Of a DNA stretch of 64,000 nt, positions 40,972-50,838 are shown in pieces (the stretch's first letter is position 1; each line of letters begins with the position of its first letter). The DNA is from an uncultured Gemmatimonadales bacterium (GTDB lineage: Bacteria > Gemmatimonadota > Gemmatimonadetes > Gemmatimonadales > GWC2-71-9): assembly GCA_963748815.1 (NCBI GenBank), contig CAVVKJ010000011.1:32001-96000 (forward strand), read 5' to 3'. The position numbers and the translations under genes were made by a program. A model generated the notes under the pieces. That model saw only the letters and a list, made by a program, of their open reading frames with translations. It did no database searches and was not told the origin of the DNA.

Positions 40972-42939
40972 CTACTTGGTCGGCTTGTTGGCCCACATCG
41001 CGACATCGCTGCCGCGCGGAGACACCCGCACCCATCCCGACATCTCCTGGTGGAGCGCGGAGCAGAAGTCGGTGCAGTAGTACGGGAACACGCCGACCTT
41101 CTGGGGCACCCAGACGATCGTGCGGGTCTCGCCCGGCATGACCAGGAGTTCGGAGTTGTTCAGGCCGGTGATGGCGAAGCCGTGCGGCACATCCCAGTCC
41201 TGCTCGAGGTTGGTGATGTGGAAGTACACCGAGTCGCCCACCTGCACGCCCTCGATGTTGTCGGGCATGAAGTGGCTGCGGATGCTCGTCATCTTGACGT
41301 GCACCACGCGCCCGTTCCGGGTGACCCCGGTGGCCGCCTCGCTGAGCGCCGCGTACGGATCCTTGTTCTGGGCCAGGTCGTAGGTGCGGATCTGCTTGCC
41401 TGGTCAGCATCGTGGCCGGAATGATCTGCGCATAGTGCGGCTCGCCCGATGGTCGGGAAGTCGAGCAGCAGCTGCATCTTCTCGCCGGAGATGTCGTAGA
41501 GCTGCGCCGACTGCGTCAGCTCCGGCCCGGTCGGGAGGTAGCGGTCCTTGGTGATCTTGTTCAGCGCGACCACGTACTTGCCCCACGGCTTGCGGGTGTC
41601 GCCGCCGGGGATCGAGAGGTGGCCGATCGAGTAGTAGGTCGGGACCTTGTCGATCACCTTGAAGTCGGTGAGCGACCACTTGGTGATTTCCGACGTCAGG
41701 AACATCGAGGTGTAGGCGTTGCCCTGGCCGTCGAACTCGGTGTGGAGCGGGCCGAGACCCGGGTCGGCCACTTCGCCGGCCACGATGGCTTCGTACTTCA
41801 GCACCGGCATGCCCTCGACCTCACCCTCGAAGGCCTTGTCCTCGATGGCCTTGATCATCTTCGAGAACGAGTGCACCGGGATCACCGACGCCAGCTTGCC
41901 GCCGCCGACGATCAGTTCGCCCGACGGGTCGACGTCGACGCCGTGCGGCGACTTCGGGGTCGGGAGGTAGTACACCACGCCGGGGCAGTCCTTCGCGTCC
42001 AGGAAGTTGGTGGAGGTCTTCCATTCCGTCGTGGCGACGTTGGTCTCGTGGTTCAGCACGTTGTGGGCGTAGCGCGCCGGCACCTGCTTCGCCTTGCCCG
42101 CCGCCACGCACTGCTCGGCCACCGTCCAGTGGACGGCGGCGATGTAGTCCTTGTCGCGCTGCGAGGCGTTCACCTCGAGGAGGGTGTTGGCCTGCTCGAC
42201 GTTGTACGAGGTGAAGAACGACCACTCCGCCGACGGGCCCTTGCCCGAGTGCGACAGGTCGTAGTTGTAGCCCGGCATCAGGATCTGGAAGGCGATGCTC
42301 ATGTGCCCCGTGGCGCTGTCCACCTTGATGAAGGTGAGGAGGCCGCGGAAGTTCTCCTTGTAGGAGGCGATCGGCACGTCCGCCTGCGGGGTCGGCACGC
42401 TGAAGCGCGTGGCCGCCACCGAGTACTCGGTGTTCTGGGTCACGAACGGCGAGGCGTGGTTGCCGGCCGAGTGCGGAATCTCGATGATCTCGGTCGGTCA
42501 CGAAGTCGGTCAGGTCGATCCGCGCCACGCGCGGGGTGTTGTTGCCGTTGATGAAGATCCAGCGGCCGTCGGGCACGCCGTCGGTCATCGAGAGCTCGGG
42601 ATGGTGCGAGTCGTCCCACGGAATGAAGCCGTAGGAGGTGTTCAGCATCGCCTTGGTCTCTTCGCTGTAGCCGTAGGCGTTCTCCGGGTTCTGCGAGAAG
42701 ACCGGGAGCACCTTGAGGAGCCGTCCGGACGGGAGGCCGTAGACGCCGAGCTGGCCGCTGAAGCCGCCCGAGGTGAACATGTAGAACTCGTCGTACTGGC
42801 CGGGTGCCACGTACACCCGCTGCGCCGCGTCGGTCGCACCTGCGGCGGGGGCGTTGCCCGAACCGCAGCCGGCCAGCGTCAGCACGGCAACGGCGGCGCC
42901 CAGCATCATGTGGGACCGGACTCTCGAACTGCGCGACAT
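40972..42939 (-). CDS. nosZ: Clade II (Sec/lipoprotein) nitrous-oxide reductase; three +1 frameshifts (~42496, ~41447, ~41401)
   Basis: LAGC lipobox, no Tat motif; CuZ His motifs DSHH, GNHA, PHG, GPLH, GHL, EPHY; CuA motifs HGF and CTDFCSALHQEM; GAGGAG RBS. Confidence 0.95.
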
Positions 42940-42979
42940 GGTCACTCCTCCTGGAACGGTGGGGCCCGGGTGGGCCGTG

Positions 42980-43468
42980 TTACTGCGCAGGGGGTGGGGC
43001 CGTGGTGGTTCGCAGGTACTCCACCACCTCGCGGGCCTCGTCCTGCGTCAGGCCCTGGTTCGGCATCTGGGTCATGTACTCCCCGAGGAGCTTCTTCACG
43101 ACCGGGTGCCGGGTGTACATCTCCTGGGGATTCAGGATCATGTTCATCGCGAACGCCGGCGTCACCTTGTCGAGGATGCCGCCGAGGGGCGGTCCGACAT
43201 AGCGTTCCCCGAGCTTGTGGCAGGCGGTGCACTTCGCCTCGAAGACCTTCTGGCCCTCGGCCGCCTCATCCTTGTCCACGGGACCGAGGGTGATCGCCTC
43301 GGTGACGGGTCCGATGCCGTTCTCGAGCTGGAAGGGAGTGAGGTCGCTGGCGGCTGCGGCCGGCGCGCCGCCCGCCGCGGGTGGCGGTGCCTTCTCCCCA
43401 CCGCCGCAGGCCGCGAGTGCGACGAGGGAGGCGGTGACGAGGGAATGAATTGCGCGCGGTCCCGACAT
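42980..43468 (-). CDS. Monoheme cytochrome c lipoprotein upstream of nosZ
   Basis: LAAC lipobox, CTACH, GPPL, MP.Q.L; position typical of clade II nos clusters. Confidence 0.92.
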   Translation of the reverse strand: MSGPRAIHSLVTASLVALAACGGGEKAPPPAAGGAPAAAASDLTPFQLENGIGPVTEAITLGPVDKDEAAEGQKVFEAKCTACHKLGERYVGPPLGGILDKVTPAFAMNMILNPQEMYTRHPVVKKLLGEYMTQMPNQGLTQDEAREVVEYLRTTTAPPPAQ

Positions 43469-43536
43469 GGTGCACTCCGGTCAGATATTGTGAACTCCCC
43501 TTCACGGCGGGGAGGGTGGTGGCGTCATCAACGCTT

Positions 43537-43569
43537 GTTAAATTATCATAGCAATATGATAATTATAAC
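43537..43569. promoter_or_regulatory. AT-rich inverted repeat, candidate Rrf2 operator
   Basis: AATTATCATA-GCAA-TATGATAATT (43541-43564) perfect 10-4-10 dyad in the divergent promoter region. Confidence 0.7.
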
Positions 43570-43612
43570 TATTAATCGTGAAGCCGTCTTCACACTTTCC
43601 TAATGGTCGGCG

Positions 43613-44032
43613 ATGCTCTCTCAAACGGCTGAATACGCGCTCCGCACGGTGCTCTATCTTGCTGCCAGGCAAGGAGATGGGCTGCTCCGAGTGAGCGAAA
43701 TTGCCGAGGACCTGGGGATTCCCCAGAATTACCTCTCGAAGACCCTGCATCTGCTGGCGAGGGCGGGGGTCCTTCATTCAAGCCGGGGGAAGAACGGCGG
43801 ATTCCGGCTCGCGAAGCCGGCATCAGAACTCTCGCTCGCCGAGGTCGTCGCGCCGTTCAACGGGCCGAGCGGGGAGCGCATCTGCCTGCTGGGACGAGTC
43901 GCGTGCAGCGACAGCGATCCCTGCCCCGCCCACGTAAAATGGAAATCTGTGTCCGGCCAGGTCTCGACCTTCTTCCGGGAGACGAAAGTCAGCGATCTGG
44001 AGGAGAGTCCGGTGGCGAGGGTGGGGCGGTAA
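43613..44032 (+). CDS. Rrf2 family transcriptional regulator with 3 Cys + His
   Basis: SQTAEYALR, YLSK.L..L.RAG...S.RG..GGFRLA, C-x6-C-x5-C-x2-H. Confidence 0.92.
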   Translation: MLSQTAEYALRTVLYLAARQGDGLLRVSEIAEDLGIPQNYLSKTLHLLARAGVLHSSRGKNGGFRLAKPASELSLAEVVAPFNGPSGERICLLGRVACSDSDPCPAHVKWKSVSGQVSTFFRETKVSDLEESPVARVGR

Positions 44033-44387
44033 GCGGGGCAGCGGGGCAGCGGGGCAGCGGGGCGACGAACGGCCGTCAAGCGCAAGCCGGAGCCATGCAA
44101 CCACTGCACCCTGCTCGTCCGGCACGTTGGGTTGGAGTTCGCTTCAATAGGGGTGGGCATATGCCCACCCCGGTGGGTCCGCCCGCGCACGGCGATGCAT
44201 GGGCGCATCGGATGCCGGCGCGTATCGGAACACGAACATGGACCCCGGCTTTCGCCGGGGTGACGATCAGGTGATCACCTTCGCGCCTCGCACATTGGCG
44301 TGAGCCAACCTGGACCCCGGCTTTCGCCGGGGTGACGATCCCAATCAGCCACGGCTAGCAGGCTGGCCTCGTTACATTCCATCCATG
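44031..44387 (+). repeat. Composite direct repeat, copy 2 (right of nos module)
   Basis: (GCGGGGCA)x4, palindrome 44150-44171, REPs 44239-44264 and 44311-44336; 36-nt stretch identical to copy 1. Confidence 0.85.
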
Positions 44388-44854
44388 CCCGATCCCGCAA
44401 CCGAATCCGCAGCGCCTGGGGCACGCTCTCCCCGCTCCCCGGCGGCACCTGGCTCTTCAGCCGCCTCCTCGGCTGGTTGGTGCCCTACACCGGCACCGTC
44501 GGCGCGCATGTCCGCGAGCTCCGCGCGGGATACGCCCGTGTCACCCTCCGCGACCGCCGCAGGGTCCGCAACCACCTCCGCTCCATCCACGCCGTCGCCC
44601 TCGTCAACCTCGGCGAGGTGACCAGCGGGCTGGCGATGATCACCGGACTGCCCACCGGCATCCGGAGCATCGTCACCCGCCTCGAGATCACCTACCTCAA
44701 GAAGGCGCGCGGCACGCTGACCGCCGAGGCGACGGTGACCATTCCCGACGTGAAAGAATCGATCGACTACGTGGTGACGGCCGACATCCGCGACGCCGCC
44801 GGCGACGCCGTCGCACAGATCGCCGTGACCTGGCGGCTCAGCCCGACTGATTAG
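44385..44854 (+). CDS. PaaI/DUF4442 hotdog-fold thioesterase (frameshift near 44398)
   Basis: [38 protein letters not shown]. Confidence 0.85.
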
Positions 44855-44876
44855 ACGTCACCGCGCCAGAACAATA

Positions 44877-44977
44877 CGCGGGAAACACGGAAGAAGTGGA
44901 AGGGCGGAAGCAACTGCCATGGGAATGAGATCACATTCAAGCGGTTTTTCCGTGTTTCCGGCTTTCTTCCGCGCTTC
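44877..44977. repeat. Imperfect inverted repeat with ~9-nt GGAA periodicity
   Basis: GGAAACACGGAA (44881-44892) / TTCCGTGTTTCC (44948-44959) perfect 12-bp arms. Confidence 0.6.
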
Positions 44978-45016
44978 CCTCGTCTTCTGGACCAGCAATG
45001 GGAAGGGTGTGAGACA

Positions 45017-45988
45017 GTGACCAGCACCGCGTTCACGAAACACGCCGGCGTCGAGGTGCCGCTCATCTGCGGCGCCATGTACCCCTGCAGCAATCCCGAG
45101 CTCGTCGCGGCGGTGTCCGATGCCGGCGGCCTCGGCATCGTGCAGCCGATTTCGCTCACCTATGTCCATGGCCACGAGTTTCGCGAAGGGCTCCGCCTCA
45201 TCAAGCGGCTGACCAGCAAACCGATCGGCATGAACGCGCTCATCGAGGCGTCCTCGAAGACCTATCACCAGCGGATGGTGAACTGGGTGGATGTGGCGCT
45301 CGAAGAAGGGGTCCGCTTCTTCGTGACCTCCCTCGGCAACCCGAAGTGGGTGGTCGAGAAGGCGCACGCCGTCGGCGGCATCGTGTACCACGACGTGACC
45401 GAACGAAAGTGGGCCGACAAGGGACTCGCCGCCGGCGTGGACGGACTGATTGCGGTGAACCGCCGGGCGGGCGGCCACGCCGGCCCCAAGGGGGTCGAGG
45501 AACTGTGGGAGGAACTGGGCGGGCTCGGCGTCCCGCTCATCTGTGCCGGGGGAGTGGGTGACGAATCGCACTTCGTCGAGGCGCTCCGCATCGGCTACGC
45601 CGGCGTCCAGATGGGGACCCGCTTCATCGCCACGCCGGAGTGCAAGGCGAGCGAGGTGTACAAGCAGGCCATCGTGAACGCACACGCCGACGACATCGTG
45701 CTCAGCGAGCGGATCACCGGCGTGCCGGTGGCGGTCATCAACACCCCGTACATCCAGAAGATGGGGCTCCACGCCGGTGCCTTCGCCAAGTGGATGCTCC
45801 GCGGCCGGAAGCGGAAGCACTGGATGCGGACCTTCTACGCCCTCAAGTCGCTCTTCCAGCTCAAGCGCGCCTCGCTCGACGAGTCGGGGAGCAAGGACTT
45901 CTGGCAGGCCGGGAAGAGCGTGGACGGCATCACCGCCATCGAACCGGCAGGAAGCATCGTCAAGAGGTTCGCCGCGGCGGCCCCATGA
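45017..45988 (+). CDS. Nitronate monooxygenase / FabK-like flavoprotein
   Basis: PELVAAVS.AGGLG, AGGHAG, LI.AGGVG, GVQMGTRFIAT.E. Confidence 0.9.
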   Translation: MTSTAFTKHAGVEVPLICGAMYPCSNPELVAAVSDAGGLGIVQPISLTYVHGHEFREGLRLIKRLTSKPIGMNALIEASSKTYHQRMVNWVDVALEEGVRFFVTSLGNPKWVVEKAHAVGGIVYHDVTERKWADKGLAAGVDGLIAVNRRAGGHAGPKGVEELWEELGGLGVPLICAGGVGDESHFVEALRIGYAGVQMGTRFIATPECKASEVYKQAIVNAHADDIVLSERITGVPVAVINTPYIQKMGLHAGAFAKWMLRGRKRKHWMRTFYALKSLFQLKRASLDESGSKDFWQAGKSVDGITAIEPAGSIVKRFAAAAP

Positions 45989-46704
45989 ACATCCTGGTGG
46001 ATCCCGCCGCCTTCCCCCTCGTGGCGCACCGCGGTGCCTCCGCCGAGGCACCCGAAAACACCATGGCCGCCTTCGAGCGTGCGGCCGCCCTGCATGTGGA
46101 TGCCTTCGAGTTCGACGTCCGCCTCACCGCCGACCACCAGGTGGTGGTGCACCACGATCCCACACTCAACCGCACCACCGACCTGACGGGCCCGCTCATT
46201 GCGCGGACTCTTGCGGAGCTCCAGGGCCGCACCAACGTGCCCACCCTCGATGCCGTCCTCGGCGCCTTCCCCTCGATGCCGATGCTCATCGAGCTCAAGG
46301 AAATCGCGGGACAGGAGCGGGTCCGTGACGTGATCCTCCGGCACGACGCCGCCGGCCGCTGCGTCGTCGCCTCCGAACACCACGACGCGCTGGCGTGCTT
46401 CCGGGACGGCCGCTTCCTGGTCGGAGCCAGCCGGAAGGACATCCTCCGCCTCCTGGTCGGCGCCGCCACCGGCACCCGCCCGAAGACCGTCGGCTACCAC
46501 GCCCTCTCGGTCCCCGACCGCCATCACTTCCTCCCCGTGGCCACCCGCCGTTTCATTGCCGACGCCCACCGCCTCGGCTGCCCCGTCCATATATGGACGG
46601 TGGATGATCCCGCCGAAGCCGCCGAGCTCCGCGCCCGTGGAGCCAATGGCATCCTGACCAACGATCCGGCCCGGCTGGCGAAGTTCGGGACCCAAAGCGC
46701 GTAA
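45985..46704 (+). CDS. Glycerophosphodiester phosphodiesterase
   Basis: AHRG...APENT, E.DV, HD..L.RTT, IELK, WTVD, GILTNDP. Confidence 0.92.
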   Translation: MNILVDPAAFPLVAHRGASAEAPENTMAAFERAAALHVDAFEFDVRLTADHQVVVHHDPTLNRTTDLTGPLIARTLAELQGRTNVPTLDAVLGAFPSMPMLIELKEIAGQERVRDVILRHDAAGRCVVASEHHDALACFRDGRFLVGASRKDILRLLVGAATGTRPKTVGYHALSVPDRHHFLPVATRRFIADAHRLGCPVHIWTVDDPAEAAELRARGANGILTNDPARLAKFGTQSA

Positions 46705-46723
46705 CGCTCTGGAACCGGGCTCA

Positions 46724-46910
46724 CACGAAGCCACGAAGGACACGAAGGAACTGGCGACCCGCGTCGCCCCTCTCCACATGGTGGAGAGGGGGACAGGGGG
46801 TGAGGGGTAGAAAAGCGGTGCAACGGGGCCGAAGCGCACAACCTCGTCATTCCCGCGCAAGCGGGAATCCAGAGGCCGACTCACTGGACCCCCGCTTTCG
46901 CGGGGGTGAC
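46724..46910. repeat. Mosaic of three REP-like families
   Basis: (CACGAAG..)x3 at 46724-46749; CCCCTCTCCAC-ATG-GTGGAGAGGGG at 46767-46791; inverted 26-bp REP pair 46846-46871 / 46885-46910. Confidence 0.8.
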
Positions 46911-46923
46911 GGCGACTCCTTAC

Positions 46924-46976
46924 TTGACGAAAGGGGCACATTCGCACTATCTTATTATCCGGCTGAAAGGATAATA
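46924..46976 (+). promoter_or_regulatory. Promoter and palindromic operator of sahR-ahcY
   Basis: TTGACG-N18-TATCTT, then TATTATCC-N8-GGATAATA (46953-46976). Confidence 0.65.
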
Positions 46977-46980
46977 CATA

Positions 46981-47965
46981 GTGCCTGCCGTGCTCGACCG
47001 TCTCAGTGCCCTCGCCGACCTCACCCGGAGCCGCCTGCTCCTGGTGCTGGAGCGGGACGCCCTCACGGTCGGCGAACTCTGTCGGGTGCTGCGGCTCCCG
47101 CAGTCCACGGTCAGCCGGCACCTGAAGCTGCTGGCCGACGAGGGATGGGTGGCGGTCCGCGCCGAGGGCACCAGCAACCGGTATCGGGCGGCCCTGCGGG
47201 ACCTCGATCCGGGGGCCCGGCAGCTCTGGCAGCTGGTGAGCGGCGAGATCGCCGAGGCCCCCGCCGCCAAACAGGACGCGACCCGGCTCCGCAGTGTGCT
47301 CGCCGAGCGGAGCACCAGGTCGCGCGAATTCTTCGCGACGTCGGCGGGTCAGTGGGACAAGCTCAGGAGCGACTTGTTCGGCAGCCGCGCCGAACTGGCC
47401 GCCCTCCCTGCCCTGCTCGACGACACATGGGCGGTGGGCGACCTCGGCTGCGGCACCGGACAGGTGGCGGCGTCGCTGGCGCCGTTCGTCCGGCTGGTCG
47501 TGGCGGTGGACGGCTCGGCGCCGATGCTCACGGCGGCCCGCAAGCGCCTCGCCTCGTTCCGCAACGTGGAACTCCACCGCGGTGATCTCGAGGCGCTGCC
47601 GCTGGAAGACGCCTCGCTCGATGCGGCGGTGATTTCCCTGGCGCTGCACCTGGCGCCGGAACCGGCCCGGGTCCTGGCCGAGGCGGCGCGGGTGCTGAAA
47701 CCGGGCGGCAAGCTGTTGATCGTGGACATGATGCCGCACGACCGGACCGACTTCATCGAATCGATGGGTCATCTCTGGCCGGGATTCGATGCCGAAGCAA
47801 TCAGCACCTGGGGACGCGACGCCGGCTTCGCGTCCATCACTTACCACCCCCTTCCCGCCGATCCGGCGGCGAAGGGACCGACACTATTCGCCGCGGTAGC
47901 GTCCGCCGCGGATACTGACAATCGACCGACTTTCCCGCTTCCCCGCTTCCACGCCGAGGTTCGTC

Positions 47966-47969
<4 letters not shown>
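46981..47969 (+). CDS. sahR: ArsR-HTH + class I SAM methyltransferase-domain regulator (SahR family); 3' end inferred
   Basis: [19 protein letters not shown], then DLGCGTG; directly upstream of ahcY. The ORF as read runs to 48069; one missing base near 47935 would give an ATGA overlap at 47966-47969. Confidence 0.8.
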
Positions 47970-49453
<1,484 letters not shown>

Positions 49454-49599
49454 GACGCGCCGCGGGGCGCCCGTCCACCGGGACCTGGACGCAACGAGGG
49501 CGGCCGCTGGGGCCGCCCTCGCTCGTTCGGAGGGCGGGTTACGGCCCGTCGACCCCCGGCGTATTATTCGAGCGACGATCCATTCACCCCCGGGGACCC

Positions 49600-50178
49600 A
49601 TGCGCCGCTTCTTCCTGCCGCTTGCCGCCGTCGCGCTCTTCGCCTGCGGCCCATCCATCACCGTCACCCAGGATCCGGCCATTCCGATGCCCGGCGCCGC
49701 CACCTACGTGTGGGGTCCGCCCCCGCAGAACGTCCCCAACGCCGAGGGGGTCGTGGCGCAGAGCCCCGTCATCCACCAGCGTGTCAAGACGGCCATCGAC
49801 ACGGAGCTCAAGGCGAAGGGCTACCGGCTGACCGATTCCGCCCAGGCCGCGTTCGTGGTCCGGTTTGCGGTGGGGTCAAAGGTCGAGCAGACCCAGGTCA
49901 CGAACAACGCCTCCACCGGGTCCGGCGTCGTCAATTCCAACGCCTGCGGCGGCGCCTCCTGCTGGAGCGGCTGGGACTACGGCTGGTATGGCACCCAGAC
50001 CACCGACGTCCAGCAACGGCAGTCGGGCGTGGTGGTGGACCTGCTCGACCTGAAGACCAGTACCCTCGCGTGGCGCGGCATCTACAAGCACGACGCGACC
50101 GGCAAGGTGCCCACGCAGGAGGCGGTCCAGAAGGCCGTGAACGAACTGTTCAAGAAACTTCCGGTGGCCGGGAAGTAG
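49600..50178 (+). CDS. DUF4136 lipoprotein, paralog 1
   Basis: LFAC lipobox; TY.W, AID.EL.AKGY, VVDLLD.K...LAWRG. Confidence 0.85.
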   Translation: MRRFFLPLAAVALFACGPSITVTQDPAIPMPGAATYVWGPPPQNVPNAEGVVAQSPVIHQRVKTAIDTELKAKGYRLTDSAQAAFVVRFAVGSKVEQTQVTNNASTGSGVVNSNACGGASCWSGWDYGWYGTQTTDVQQRQSGVVVDLLDLKTSTLAWRGIYKHDATGKVPTQEAVQKAVNELFKKLPVAGK

Positions 50179-50209
50179 ATCGCCGTCACCCCCATTCTCT
50201 GGAGTCGTC

Positions 50210-50782
50210 ATGTCATTCCGCCCACTGACCCTCGCCGGCGCCGTGCTGCTGGTCTCCTGCGGCCCGTCGATCACCAGCCAGGTCAACCCGAATTTCAGCA
50301 CGATCCCTGCCGGAGCCACCTACGCCTGGGTCGGGACCGACAACGTGAACGGCGGCGACCCGGTCGTCTCCAATGAAATCGTCCATTCGATGATCAAGCA
50401 GTCCATCCAGACGCAGATGGCCGCGAAGGGCTACAAGCTGGTGGCCGACAACGCCGACGCGAAGTTCTACGTCCGGTACTACTTCGGCACCCAGACCCAG
50501 ACCAGCTACGTGACCACCACCACCGGTGGCGGGTACGGCCCGGGGTGGGGGTACGGCTGGGGCTACGGCGGGATGGGCATGTCCACCACGCAGCCGGTGG
50601 AAACCACCCAGGGCAACGCGATCATCGACCTTGTCCAGATGGGCACCAACGATCTCGTCTGGCGCGGCACGAAGACCGGCGACATCAGCAACAAGGCACC
50701 GACCCAGCAGAAGGTGGATCAGTCCGCCGCTCAGATCATGGCGGGCATGCCCTCCGCCGGTCCGCCACCCGCGAAGAAATAG
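50210..50782 (+). CDS. DUF4136 lipoprotein, paralog 2
   Basis: LVSC lipobox; TYAW, QM.AKGY, GWGYG-rich loop, IIDLV...LVWRG. Confidence 0.85.
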   Translation: MSFRPLTLAGAVLLVSCGPSITSQVNPNFSTIPAGATYAWVGTDNVNGGDPVVSNEIVHSMIKQSIQTQMAAKGYKLVADNADAKFYVRYYFGTQTQTSYVTTTTGGGYGPGWGYGWGYGGMGMSTTQPVETTQGNAIIDLVQMGTNDLVWRGTKTGDISNKAPTQQKVDQSAAQIMAGMPSAGPPPAKK

Positions 50783-50800
50783 TCCAGTCCACTGGATGCG

Positions 50801-50833
50801 AAACGGGCCCGCGCGATCTGCGCGGGCCCGTTT
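50801..50833. terminator. Bidirectional terminator hairpin
   Basis: AAACGGGCCCGCGC-GATCT-GCGCGGGCCCGTTT between convergent genes. Confidence 0.75.
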
Positions 50834-50838
50834 GCCGT

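Noticed and set aside
40972..42939. nosZ split into three ORFs (split enzyme, programmed frameshifting or pseudogene)
   Set aside because: Three isolated +1 bases, no slippery heptamers noticed, no stops, all ligands intact, and similar indels in many unrelated genes; a sequencing artefact is most likely
35837..44387. Composite transposon or prophage around the nos cluster
   Set aside because: The flanking repeats encode no transposase, have no terminal inverted repeats or target duplication that I could identify, and no integrase or phage genes are present
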